From Macrostomum hystrix (taxonomy: Eukaryota; Animalia; Platyhelminthes), in contig CATNEN010000029.1 in NCBI GenBank assembly GCA_950097015.1, forward strand, positions 310,001 through 374,000: a DNA stretch of 64,000 nt, read 5' to 3'. The notes under the pieces were generated by a model that did not search any database, was not told where the DNA came from, and saw nothing but the letters and a program-made list of their open reading frames with translations. Both the position numbers and the translations under genes were made by a program. The stretch's first letter is position 1. Each line of letters opens with the position of its first letter. Of the stretch, positions 35,241 through 48,900 are shown piece after piece.

Positions 35241-38019
35241 ATGAATGCGGCAGAAGGTAGCCTGTTGGGCGATCGAACTGTCAGGTCAGTGTGTTTTTTT
35301 ACTAATGGAGCCGAGTTATATATAAATGTACATCAGGGATTGAGGCAACTATCATATAATCATATACAGAATAAATCGCTCAAAAATAATTATATATTTC
35401 AGAAACGACTTTGAACCTTTTCGTCTGTACTTCCATGGATTTCCTTCCAATTTCAATGAGGTAAATATAATTTAACACAAATTTTGTTAGCATGTTGCAG
35501 TAAATCTTTAGACTATATGATAAATATTCTATAAATTTCATCGCATTTTCTTATTTTAGAACAATGTTAAATGTCTTTTTGAGCAATTCGGAATCCCAAT
35601 GGATATTCGCATCATCAGGCCGCTTAACGGCTTACACTTCGCCTTTCTTACATTGCCAAGTAAGGCTTCTGCATTGAAAGCAATTGAAGCATTCGACGAG
35701 AAACTTTTTGGTGGCAGCAAGCTCAAGTTATGCAAAGCGCGCCCCCCAACAAAGCGCAATACAGGTGCGCTGGACAATAACGAGCAAAACCAACTGCAGT
35801 GGCGTCCGAACCTTGTATCTGTGGATGAATCGTCTCAGCTTGCTTTTGATCCTAGCATCGAAAATATTGACATGTTCACTAACAGACCTGATTGTGACAA
35901 CCCAGCGCTAGAAGAAGCACATTCAGAGGAAAATGAAGTGCTCAGATGCAGTAAAGAGCAAACTGATCTTCCAGTTAAACAGGATTTTAGTTCAAGTAGT
36001 TCCTTTGAACGAAAACGTTGCGATCGCCGCGGCAGTTCGCGTACAATTATTAATCGGTGCTGCTCTGACCTCACTATTGATGTAGGCCTGTCTTCGAAAG
36101 ATCCAGTTGATGTTCTTGTGACGGATTTCAAATCTGCTGATTGTTTCTGGGTTCAGTTTCTTGGAAATGACGAAGCGTGGTTTAATTTGAGAGTAGCCAT
36201 GTGTGAATGGTATTTTCATCCTGGTTCAGTCGTCTCAACTGTAAGGCTTAACTACCCGTATCTCGCTTCAATCGATGAGATTACGCGTGTTCTGGTGATT
36301 GATCGAGACAGTGAAGAAGATAACTATCGTGTGCTCTGTGTTGATCTGGGATATGAAAGTGTCGCTAGCGCGGCAAGCTTGCGAACTATTCTTGAGTGCC
36401 ACACGAAGCAACCTGCGCAAGCTGCATTAGTCTCCTATCGTGGCGTCACAAGCCAGGACCCTCTGCTTTCAGCTATTAATGAGAAAATAGGCGAGATCAT
36501 TAATGAGAACTACTATAAGCTAAAGATTCAGAAGTATGCGTCTACTTCCCGCTATAACTTCTTCGGCATTGATGTTGTAGCGGTTGAAATTGTTGAGCCA
36601 CGTTTCAACAGCTTGCAGCAACAGCTTACTAATCTTAACGAATCAAAAAGGGAAACTAGCGTTAGTGTTGTCACAGATTTCGTTGCAGCCTCCTATGGAG
36701 AACGCTCTGAAAACTCTAATCCGGCCATTGAAGTGACAATTTTAAAAGCTGAATCTGGATCATTGCCACTAGCACAACAGCAAAAAGTTTCATGCGAGCA
36801 TTCAAAGGTGAAAGTTGAAATAAACTCCGGAACACTTTCCGCGCATTCCTCCTTACAGTCGGTTTCGAATGCGTCATCCTTAACAAGTGAACAGTCGTAC
36901 AGACCCCCTCTGGATCCAGTATCTACTACTATTCAAGGGAATTCTGGTACCTCTCAAGATGGTTATTTTCTTAACAATTTGGTTATTTTGGTCGAAAAGC
37001 CGTCTGGTCGACGTTCAGTTAGTGTCACCTGTATGACTGTTAGGCTGTCTTCTCGCCTTCCAGTTTCATGTCTAAAAAGAACAAGTCAGGCTAATTCGCC
37101 CAATCAAATCGACAGGTTCGGCTGCAATAGCAATCCTGCAGCTTTAGCACCCACTTGCCGAAGCAAGGCCACTTCTCCTTTTACTTGTGGGAATATTAAA
37201 CTTATAAACAAGCCAACAACTTTTGACTGCAGCACTGCGTCCCAAACTGTAACTGTAGATGATTCTGGCGAAACGTTTCTGCGCGATCAAAATACCGATT
37301 TCAGTGCTGATTATCATTCAACACCAAACAATCCGGAAGCGCACAATTCAGTTTCTCGAACGGCTTCTCATACAGCTTCAGCTATCAAAAAGGTTCCCAG
37401 CATGTCTCCATCATATAACGGGACCGAATTTAAGCGATCTCTTCCTGAACAATTTGTTCCACTTGGTTATCCAGTCCGTGTTTCTATTCGAAGCGATCAT
37501 ATCCGCAGCGACTTCTTCGTTGCCATGTTGGTCAATAATCAGGAATTCAGCAAGATAATGGAAGCTCTTAAAAAATTTAACACGCTGGACAATTCATTGA
37601 TTCAGTCATTTTTATGCCCAATTCATTCGCCTCGTGTGGGTGATTATTATCTTTGCGAGCATTGTTCCGTCTCCCAATTTCATCGAGTCCAGCTTTTAAG
37701 TAGAGATCCAACGAGCGGCGACTGCCAAGTTCTATTCGTTGATTATGGGGACTTACGGCAAGTTAAAGCTAGTCTGTTGTTTGCTATTCCTAATCAACTG
37801 GCTAGCGTTCCACCTCAGGCATTCGGTTGCTGTCCACCTAAACCGCTATCTGACTCTACAGTGGAGAAAATGTCTGCCGAACTTGTCGCTAATGATTGTT
37901 GTCACGTTGTATTTGCCCCAAACTATAAACCCGGAGGTGTGATTCGCATTGTGCAGAAGATTGTTCTGCCATCACTTTGGGAGATCACGTCAAGCTCTGG
38001 ATCAGGCGATGTACCCTAA
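35241..38019 (+). CDS. RRM + two extended Tudor domain protein (Vreteno/TDRD-like), paralog A; exons 35241-35284, 35403-35460, 35560-38019
   Basis: Spliced RRM (RLYFHGFPSNFNENNVKCLFEQFG...HFAFLTL...KLKLCKA). eTudor signatures VDVLVTDFKSADCFWVQ...YRVLCVDLG and VGDYYLC...FHRVQL...VLFVDYGD...VPPQAFGC. Phases are consistent. Confidence 0.85.
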
Positions 38020-38807
38020 AGTATTGCTAGTACCGGTTAATGAAAATTTCGATAATTGGTTGTATAACATGTTTTCTATATGGTTTCATTCTGTGAACTT
38101 TGAGCTCTCGTAAATGGTAGTAACTAATGCTTGTTTTTATGTTTCGTACATCATTTGTGTTCACCTTTTGATGATGTACAGTAGTTGCTCTTACTTCCGG
38201 TTTAGTAAAATTTGCCTTCAAAGTAGCATCACAAAAACAAAGCCACACAGGGAAGTGTTCGATTTTTTTATTTCTGTCTGTTGACATTCGTATTGTATTT
38301 TATGTTCGTCTTTAACTTTTAGCGTACATCTAGCTTTTTATGTGAACTGAAAGGGACATGGCTACTTTATTTCAAAGGAGTATGGAAGCTTAATTCTCAG
38401 TAATGCAAGAAAACAAAAAAATGAAAATTTAATGAGCTGACGATTGATTGTCAGTGAGCACTACTTGTCCCTATCTGATTCTTATTAAACCCTCTCGGGT
38501 AGTCATCAAAATTCCGCTTTACTGCTTTCAGGTCCTTTGCTTTGCATTGTTCTAACCGTTATTTATTTTGACTTTGAGTAAGGCTAAATGTTTATAATTT
38601 AGCTCAAATGAAATGTTCAAGATTATTGTTTTTAATTGCTTTCTTAAACGGGTTTGAAAAAAACTATATAAATACCCCCATTTTAAATTTCTTCCCTTTA
38701 AGGTTTCGCACAAATGTTGTGGCTATTCTTTTTAATTTCGTTGGCGTTTTTCTGTGTTTAAAAATCCAAGTTTTTTTCAACTTAATCTTGAGAGTCGTTG
38801 AGTTAGC

Positions 38808-40265
38808 CGCCTACTAAGGCACTGAAGGGTCAGTGGTAGCCGCCCACTGAGGCACTGAAGGGTCAGTGGTAGCCGCCTACTGAGGCACTGAAGGGTCAGT
38901 GGTAGCCGCCCACTGAGGCACTGAAGGGTCAGTAGTAGCCCCCCACTGAGGCACTGAAGGGTCAGTGGCAGCCGCCCACTGAGTCACTGAAGGGTCAGTG
39001 GCAGCCGCCCACTGAGGCACTGAAGGGTCAGTTGCAGCCGCCCACTGAGTCACTGAAGGGTCAGTAGTAGCCCCCCACTGAGGCACTGAAGGGTCAGTGG
39101 CAGCCGCCCACTGAGGCACTGAAGGGTCAGTGGCAGCCGCCCACTGAGGCACTGAAGGGTCAGTAGTAGCCCACCACTGAGGCACTGAAGGGTCAGTTGC
39201 AGCCACCCACTGAGGCACTGAAGGGTCAGTAGTAGCCCCCCACTGAGGCACTGAAGGGTCAGTTGCAGCCGCCCACTGAGGCACTGAAGGGTCAGTGGCA
39301 GCCGCCCACTGAGGCACTGAAGGGTCAGTTGCAGCCGCCCACTGAGGCACTGAAGGGTCAGTGGCAGCCGCCCACTGAGGCACTGAAGGGTCAGTTGCAG
39401 CCGCCCACCGAGGCACTGAAGGGTCAGTAGTAGCCCCCCACTGAGGCACTGAAGGGTCAGTGACAGCCGCCCACTGAGGCACTGAAGGGTCAGTGGCAGC
39501 CGCCCACTGAGGCACTGAAGGGTCAGTAGTAGCCCCCCACTGAGGCACTGAAGGGTCAGTGGCAGCCGCCCACCGAGGCACTGAAGGGTCAGTGGCAGCC
39601 GCCCACCGAGGCACTGAAGGGTCAGTGGCAGCCGCCCACCGAGGCACTGAAGGGTCAGTGGCAGCCGCCCACTGAGGCACTGAAGGGTCAGTGGCAGCCG
39701 CCCACCGAGGCACTGAAGGGTCAGTGGCAGCCGCCCACCGAGGCACTGAAGGGTCAGTGGCAGCCGCCCACCGAGGCACTGAAGGGTCAGTGGCAGCCGC
39801 CCACCGAGGCACTGAAGGGTCAGTGGCAGCCGCCCACTGAGGCACTGAAGGGTCAGTAGTAGCCCCCCACTGAGGCACTGAAGGGTCAGTGACAGCCGCC
39901 CACTGAGGCACTGAAGGGTCAGTGGCAGCCGCCCACTGAGGCACTGAAGGGTCAGTTGCAGCCGCCCACTGAGGCACTGAAGGGTCAGTGGCAGCCGCCC
40001 ACTGAGGCACTGAAGGGTCAGTAGTAGCCCCCCACTGAGGCACTGAAGGGTCAGTGACAGCCGCCCACTGAGGCACTGAAGGGTCAGTGGCAGCCGCCCA
40101 CTGAGGCACTGAAGGGTCAGTTGCAGCCGCCCACTGAGGCACTGAAGGGTCAGTGGCAGCCGCCCACTGAGGCACTGAAGGGTCAGTGGCAGCCGCCCAC
40201 TGAGGCACTGAAGGGTCAGTTGCAGCCGCCCACTGAGGCACTGAAGGGTCAGTGGTAGCCACCTA
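38808..40265. repeat. 33-bp minisatellite (ACTGAGGCACTGAAGGGTCAGTGGCAGCCGCCC), about 44 copies
   Basis: Direct reading. Explains minus ORFs 38877..40262 and 39050..40315. Confidence 0.97.
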
Positions 40266-41458
40266 CTCAAGCACGTTGCGGCTCCTTGAGACTTCTCGTT
40301 GTGGTGGTGGAACAATTGTATTTTTAACTAATAAAAATATCTAAAGTATAAGTAGTTTTAAGTATTTGATATTCTGTCTTTTGCCGCCTATTTTTTAAGT
40401 CCTTTTTATTCGTCTTCATTTTAAACTTTCCTGTATTTATTTGTCTTTTCTTGCTCCCTAGAAAAAACATACATTAAAATAGCTACTTTCATTTTATTCA
40501 GTTTCATATTACTTTGGGCTTGTTGATTAAGTAAATGTCCTAGAAATTATATGAAAGAATTCAGTCTTTAAATAATAGGATCGCACATGACAATCAAATC
40601 TAGTATGCACAGTATATTTGCTGAATTTGCGTAATGTAAATAATCAATTAAAGTTTCCCATCTGGGTTATTAGCTGGCTGGTCCCAGCCATGTGCTTCAT
40701 TTTGATCTCAGTCCTATAATTCGCTGGGCTCCAACTAGCCCCGAGCTCTGTGCTTTCAAAGCAGTAAGGTTTTAAATTAAAATAAATAAATAATCCATTG
40801 TAAATAAGATAATGTTTTGCAAATTTAAATAATACTTCTTGGAAAGATCCGAGTTCATTTTTTTACAAAGTAAATCCGGCCAATTAAATTAAGTCAAAGC
40901 TTCGAACTGTTTTTTAGTTTCAGTTACAACTGATTTCCGTATGTCTATTGCCAAGTTGCTACTATGAAATAGTTCTGGCTTCATTTTGTCCAGTCCCACT
41001 GTGGTCTTAAGGCCCGACATAGGCGCTCTGGCGCTGTGTAGTCTGCTTGTCTCTTTAATGACCCGCTAAATCCAGGGTGAGACAGACTTTTGGGTGAAGC
41101 TAAATATCGATCGCTTTCCTATCCTCCCCCTCCTGCCCAGCTAGCCAATGCGTGTGGGGTGCTATTACCCGACCCCAACCCCCAGGGCCCCCACCTCCAG
41201 GCCACAACCTCAAACCCCTTCTCTCCTATATTGCCTTCTTGTTATCACTTGCGGAAGTTGTTGCACATTGGATAGTCTAAAAAATGTCTAGACACTGAGT
41301 GAGCTAACTATCTGTATTATTTAATCCTTTCTACACTTTCTTTTGCCTTTCAGAAATCTACCATTGAAAGCTTTTCCGAAGCCGGAACCAAATATAACCC
41401 GATAGTATAAGATTAATATAAAACAGATAAGTGAATTACCAAGGTCTATAGCAATACA

Positions 41459-44400
41459 ATGTCCGATCCGTCGCCAAATCTGTTCATCGCATTTCGCAGC
41501 GCCGACACTATATCAGAGGAAGATGTTCGTGGTTTCCTAGAGCAGTTCGGGCCAATCGAATCGCTCAGCGTTCCAAGGCGCAAAGAGGGCGAAAGTCGAC
41601 TTTGGTAGGTGGAAAATTTGTGTACTTTTATAAATCTGCTATCAGGATTTTTGTACTTAATGTACAATTAAAAGAACAAAATTTTATACTAAAACATTCT
41701 ATTGCAGTTTCGTCACCTTCATGTCGGAGGCTAAGGCTACTGAGGTTATGAACACTATTATTGATGCCGGCATGTCAATAAAAGGTGAAAGACCTATGGT
41801 GCGCTACAATAATAACCCGAAAGAAAATCGTCGCAAGACCACCGGACCTGTCATTGGCGGCGGCGGTGGAAATTCGGGCTTCGCTAATGGAAGCGGCAGC
41901 AACGGCATCGGTTTTGGCCAGCGTCGCGAGGAAAGCAAATTCGGTTCGCAGAGCTCGCTAAATCGTTCCGCTGTTGCTGCAGCAGCCGGCGGCGGCGGCG
42001 GCGATGCTCACCGGCCGTCTAGTCGAAGCTCCGGTTCTAGTCAGTTCTATGCCAACAAAGACCTGGATCTGTCACGTCTAGTTATTAAGTGGGTAGATGT
42101 ACAGCGATTTGCATCATAACATACGTTGTAGCTTGTAGGGCGATAGATATTTACTATTTTCTTAGAATTAACCATGTCAGGAATCCACAGTTTATCAGGA
42201 ATCCCAAAAGTAGTTTAGAACTTTATTTGGATAGATTTAACACCTCCGGCTTGTTGTGGAGTATGCCTTCATAATTTCATTCGCCGAGATCAGTATGGGT
42301 ACAATAAGTGGTTTAAAAATTATAATGGTAGAAGCAGTGTTGCATTTCACTCTTTGTTATTGGTTTGCTTAACTTTTAGTATCCTGGATAGCTATGTACT
42401 CGTATGTATTGTCCTAACTGTAGATTCTTAATCATTTTCACTTCGGGTCATCCAAATATTATATTTCTAAATACCAAATTCAATTTCCTTTAAGGGTAGG
42501 ACTCTTTTGATTAACCGGCTGACGTTTTTTCATCTGTTGTATTTCTCACTTCACTCTCAGGGTGGACACGGCAAGCGGAGTTCGCCACATCGAATGTCAG
42601 CCAGACTGTTTCAATCTAATGAAGCAGTTTATGACGCCTGATGAGCTGGACTCTGGCATCCGTGCCTACGCCATAGGCGGCGCCAACAGGCAGCAACAGC
42701 AACCGTCGCCTCTGATGCCAGTGCCGATTCATGCTGTACCAACTGCGCCAATTCGAGCTAATGGACATCCCTCTTATAATGGTGGCGGCGCTCTTTCTTC
42801 GAGTCCCCAGCAGCAGCAGCAGCAACAGCAGGCTCCAGCTCCGCCGCCAGCTGCTCAGGCCGCTGTTTCGGCCTCTCCATTGGCTTTAGTTTCCACCGAG
42901 TCGGCTGGAGCTGCCGCACCCGCTATAATCACAGCAGCTGCGCCGGTTGCTACTCCGCTAACTATGCAACGCTTTGAGCCAAGGCGTCTGGCTCCGGGCA
43001 CTCGATTCCAGGCCAAGCTGATCGAATTCGATTCTGTTAGCCAGTTCACAGTCGTGGACAGTTCCATGGCAGATAAGTACTTTCAGCAGATTGAGAACCT
43101 GCTCAATAGGCTCTACAATTCTGCAGGTCAGCAGCCAGCCGGCCAGCCGGTCTCAAATCCGAAGCCGGGCGACTGCGTCTGCTCTGTTTGGTCTAACGAC
43201 AACAAATACTACAGGACTGTGGTGCGCGAGGCCATTGGCGGCCGGTTGACCGTGTTCTTCTTCGATGAGGCCTCCATGGATGGCGTTGACGCCTCTAAGG
43301 TATGTAATGGATTATCTGTCTTCGAGCCGCTTTCAATCAGGATTCTAGTCGAGGCAGCTATTTATAGTGAAGAAAGCGTCATGTTTTTTAACCGTTCTCT
43401 TCAAATCGAGACAATATTTCGCTCTAACATTCGCAGGTGCGGACCCTATCACCAGAGCTGATGGAATTGCCCAACTTGGCTTTGCTCTGCCGTCTAGATG
43501 GCGTCCCGGACTCTGAATTTGGCCGCCTGCGCGCCCGCTTGTCCGAGGCTCAATTCGCTGTCGAACTAGAAATTGTCCATTGCAACGGCTTTGAGTGCTC
43601 AGTCAGGCTTTACTTAAATGGCCAGTGCCTTAACCAGGCTGCCAGCATTGTACCTGCCACTGCTGTCCCTGCCGCCGCGGCTCCTGTTGCCGCAGCTACT
43701 GACGCCGTATCTTCTGCTTCAACGTCTTCGCTGCCAAGACGCAGCATCGAGTTCAACGCTGAGTACGCAGTGATAGCGTCAGAGGCCGCCTCGCCTAACG
43801 AGCTGGGCCTGATGCTGTCTCACTGTCAGGCCGACTATCAGACTGTCGCCGCCATATTGGCCAGCATCAATGCCAACAATGGCAGCGAGCTGGCGCCGCT
43901 AGCCGCCATACCGCCAGTTGGCTCCGTCTGCCTGGCTAAATGGGCAGTCGATAATAACTTCTATAGGGCTCGCGTCATTCAGGTTGATGACAGTCGGTGC
44001 CGCTTATTCTTTGTTGACGATGGCAACACGGACACAGCCGGTTTGGACCAGCTGAGGCAGCTGCCCGACTCTTTGAAGATTGCTCCACCGGTGGCTGTGC
44101 GCTGCCTAGCGGCCAACGCTGCGAATGTACGCCTGGCGCAGCCAATCGATTCCGGCAGCGAAATGCTGGCCAAATTTGCCGACGCCCCAGTTCCCGGTGT
44201 GGACGGCAACTTCGACGCCGTTCTGGCCAGCCTTCGCTTTGCCGCCAATGCAAGGGATGCCTTCGCGCCGTCTGGCGCCGATGCTATCGTGGCGCCAGCA
44301 GCTCCCTCTGCTGATAAATCCGACGATGCCTGCGAGGTGCGCATCGTGTTAATGAACTCGCCTCTAGATTTCTTTGTTCAACGCACCGACCGGGACACTG

Positions 44401-44888
44401 AGTTTGACCGATTCGGCGCTGAACTAGACGCCCACTGCAAGCAGGGCGCAGCCACTTGCGTGCCAGCCGAGCTGCAGGTCGGCAGCCTGATCGCCGCGCC
44501 TTACATGGGCCAGTATTTTCGTGCGAAAATCTGCGAATTATCCGCCTCTAGCTCGTGCGCTTTGGTCTTCTTTATCGACTACGGCAATTCGGATTCTGTT
44601 GATTACGCTGATCTGCGCAAACTCGACGATGCTTACGCTAATAAGCCTGCGTGGGCCAAGCGTTGTCGGCTGCACCGAATCGCGCCCGTGTCCAACAACG
44701 GACAGTGGCCGGATACCATCCAGATTGAGGTGCTGAACAAACTGGGCCGGGATGCCGCGGTGCTCCGCCTGGTTCGCGGCGGCGGCGGTGGGGGCGACTT
44801 TATCGACTGCGACCTAGCCACAGAGAACTGCCCGTCGCTGTGCCAGGCCTTGGCCAGTGCCGGGCTGGCTTCGATTGTCATCGACTAA
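41459..44888 (+). CDS. RRM + three extended Tudor domain protein (Vreteno/TDRD1-like), paralog B, about 905 aa; exons 41459-41604, 41708-42088, 42561-43299, 43437-44888
   Basis: Spliced RRM (NLFIAFRSADTISEEDVRGFLEQFGPIESLSV...CFVTFMSE). Tudors PKPGDCVCSVWSNDNKYYRT, PVGSVCLAKWAVDNNFYRARV...FVDDGN and QVGSLIAAPYMGQYFRAKI...FIDYGN. GT-AG phases are consistent. Confidence 0.9.
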
Positions 44889-45949
44889 AGGTGCTGATGT
44901 GCTTCATAGCCTCTGATGAAATTGAACTGCGCAATTGTGCTGTAGGTGTTGTGAAAGCATAGACTGACCAAATAGCGTTTTTTACTCAATTCTCTTAGCC
45001 CATCGTTTTAATTTATTATGTTTTATACTAAAAAGAGGTCGTGCGATTAATTTCCCATATTTAGCCATATTTTCTTCTGTATTCGTTTTTGTCATGCTTT
45101 GTCTAAGCAATGAGCTAGAAACATTTTTGTTGTAATATGCTAGATGTATTGTTTGTCGGACTGGAAAAGAAAAAAATTGTAAGGCTTTAGACAGTAGATG
45201 GATACAAAAAATATGTTTTCATATTTCGAATACTGTTAAACAGTGGGATAATTTGGCTGCATCTACTAAATATCGAGTAAATTGGTGTCATAGCCGGTCT
45301 TGAGTGTCGAGGGTCACTGCATTTTGCGCTATCCCCTGTGCGTTTTTATTATTACTCTTGGCCATCTGAAATTTTCATTAAACATTGTTATTCTTCCGGC
45401 AGTTTATTAGAGGTTAGAATTCTTTTAACACTGCTGCTATTTTTAAAAAAACACATTTGTCTTTTTTCACTTTTTTGTATACTGCTAGTATTTGTATGTA
45501 CTCGTAGTTCGTCTATATTTAGTCTGTTACATCGTAATTTTAGGATATTCTAAGTGACGTCAAGTTTTTCGAAGCTTTGTTTGTCTTTAACAAGTCCCTT
45601 GCGGCCACGCTAACATGTTTCCTTTCTGTTAGCTAGCCTGCCAGAAGCAACTGCACTCATCGGTCTGCATTAACTACTGGCATAGGCCAATTAATGGCTG
45701 CATTTAATTGCGTTGATAATTCATCTATTCTTTAGTAATCGAGCAGTAAAAATCTCATAGCCACTTAAATTTGGAAGAAACCTCATCGTGTTTTTTCTAA
45801 TCTTTGCCATAAACGCGTCATCGACCTTACTGAATACTGTCTCTGATTATAATAAAAAGGTGGTCAGTTATGCGATCTCTCGTCTTTTTGATGACACAAT
45901 GCCATCTTTATTGTTTAGTTTTTTTGTTTGATTGCAAAGCATGATTGCT

Positions 45950-48900
45950 TCCTGCTCTTAATCTCCCATACTTCCTGTCTCTCAGCTCAGATACTTGCTG
46001 TCTGTAATCTCCCACACTTCCTGTCTACAAACTCCCACACTTCCTGTCTCGAACTCCCACACTTCCTGTCTCTAAACTCCCATACTTCCTGTCTCTCAGC
46101 TCAGATACTTGCTGTCTGTAATCTCCCACACTTCCTGTCTCTCAGCTCAGATACTTGCTGTCTGTAATCTCCCACACTTCCTGTCTCGAAAGTCCCACAC
46201 TTCCTGTCTCAATTCCCACACTTCCAGTCTCGAACTCCCACACTTCCTGTCTCTAAACTCCCACACTTCCTGTCTCAATTCCCACACTTCCTGTCTCGAA
46301 CTCCCACACTTCCTTTCTCTAAACTCCCACACTTCCTGTCTCTTAATTCCCACACTTCCTGTCTCTTAATTTCCACACTTCCTGTCTCTAATCTCCCACA
46401 CTTCCTGTCTCTAAACTCCCACACTTCCTGTCTCTAAACTCCCACACTTCCTGTCTCGAAAGTCCCACACTTCCTGTCTCGAACTCCCACACTTCCTGTC
46501 CCTTAATTCCCACACTTCCTGTCTATAAACTCCCACACTTTGTGTCTCTAAATTACCACACTTCCTGTCTCGAATTCCCATACTTCCTGTATCTTAATTC
46601 CCACACTTCCTGTCTCTAAACTCCCACACTTCCTGTCTCTCAGCTCCGATACTTCCTGTCTCTAAACTCCCACACTTCCTGTCTCTCAGCTCCGATACTT
46701 CCTGTCTCTAAACTCCCACACTTCCTGTCTCGAAAGTCCCACACTTCCTGTCTCAATTCCCACACTTCCTGTCTCGAACTCCCACACTTCCTGTCTCTAA
46801 ACTCCCACACTTCCTGTCTCTAAGCTCCCACACTTCCTGTCTCTCAGCTCCGATACTTCCTGTCTCTAAACTCCCACACTTCCTGTCTCTAAACTCCCAC
46901 ACTTCCTGTCTCGAAAGTCCCACACTTCCTGTCTCAATTCCCACACTTCCTGTCTCGAACTCCCACACTTCCTGTCTCTAAGCTCCCACACTTCCTGTCT
47001 CTAAGCTCCCACCTTTCCTGTCTCTAAACTCCCACACTTCCTGTCTCTAAACTCCCACACTTCCTGTCTCGAAAGTCCCACACTTCCTGTCTCGAACTCC
47101 CACACTTCCTGTCTCTAAACTCCCACACTTCCTGTCTCTAAGCTCCCACACTTCCTGTCTCTCAGCTCCGATACTTCCTGTCTCTAAACTCCCACACTTC
47201 CTGTCTCTAAACTCCCACACTTCCTGTCTCGAAAGTCCCACACTTCCTGTCTCAATTCCCACACTTCCTGTCTCGAACTCCCACACTTCCTGTCTCTAAG
47301 CTCCCACACTTCCTGTCTCTAAGCTCCCACCTTTCCTGTCTCTAAACTCCCACACTTCCTGTCTCTAAACTCCCACACTTCCTGTCTCGAAAGTCCCACA
47401 CTTCCTGTCTCGAACTCCCACACTTCCTGTCCCTTAATTCCCACACTTCCTGTCTATAAACTCCCACACTTTGTGTCTCTAAATTACCACACTTCCTGTC
47501 TCGAATTCCCATACTTCCTGTATCTTAATTCCCACACTTCCTGTCTCTAAACTCCCTCAATTCCTGTCTCTCAGCTCCGATACTTCCTGTCTCTAAACTC
47601 CCACACTTCCTGTCTCGAAAGTCCCACACTTCCTGTCTCAATTCCCACACTTCCTGTCTCGAACTCCCACACTTCCTGTCTCTAAACTCCCACACTTCCT
47701 GTCTCTAAGCTCCCACACTTCCTGTCTCTAAGCTCCCACCTTTCCTGTCTCTAAACTCCCACACTTTCTGTCTCGAAAGTCCCACACTTCCTGTCTCGAA
47801 CTCCCACACTTCCTGTCCCTTAATTCCCACACTTCCTGTCTATAAACTCCCACACTTTGTGTCTCTAAATTACCACACTTCCTGTCTCTTAATTCCTACA
47901 CTTCCTGTCTCGAATTCCCATACTTCCTGTATCTTAATTCCCACACTTCCGGTCTCGAAAGTCCCACACTTCCTGTCTCTAAACTCCCACACTTCCTGTC
48001 TCGAAAGTCCCACACTTCCTGTCTCTAAACTCCCACTCCTTCTGTCTCAATTCCCACACTTCCTGTCTCGAACTCCCACACTTCCTGTCCCTTAATTCCC
48101 ACACTTCCTGTCTATAAACTCCCACACTTTGTGTCTCTAAATTACCACACTTCCTGTCTCGAATTCCCATACTTCCTGTCTCTAAACTCCCACACTTCCT
48201 GTCTCGAAAGTCCCACACTTCCTGTCTCAATTCCCACACTTCCTGTCTCGAACTCCCACACTTCCTGTCTCTAAGCTCCCACACTTCCTGTCTCTAAGCT
48301 CCCACCTTTCCTGTCTCTAAACTCCCACACTTTCTGTCTCGAAAGTCCCACACTTCCTGTCTCGAACTCCCACACTTCCTGTCCCTTAATTCCCACACTT
48401 CCTGTCTATAAACTCCCACACTTTGTGTCTCTAAATTACCACACTTCCTGTCTCTTAATTCCTACACTTCCTGTCTCGAATTCCCATACTTCCTGTATCT
48501 TAATTCCCACACTTCCGGTCTCGAAAGTCCCACACTTCCTGTCTCTAAACTCCCACACTTCCTGTCTCGAAAGTCCCACACTTCCTGTCTCTAAACTCCC
48601 ACTCCTTCTGTCTCAATTCCCACACTTCCTGTCTCGAACTCCCACACTTCCTGTCCCTTAATTCCCACACTTCCTGTCTATAAACTCCCACACTTTGTGT
48701 CTCTAAATTACCACACTTCCTGTCTCTTAATTCCCATACTTACTGTATGTTAATTCCCACATCCCACACTTCCTGTCTCTAAATTCCCACACTTTCTGTC
48801 TCGAATTCCCATACTTCCTGTCTCTAAACTCCCACACTTCCTGTCTCGAAAGTCCCACACTTCCTGTCTCAATTCCCACACTTCCTGTCTCGAACTCCCA

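Noticed and set aside
44905-44970. Hammerhead ribozyme (CTGATGA followed by an AATTG/CAATT stem)
   Set aside because: The required GAAA does not follow stem II, and I found no stems I/III.
45928-48661. Short ORFs over the large satellite
   Set aside because: Variable 21-25-bp units cause constant frameshifts.
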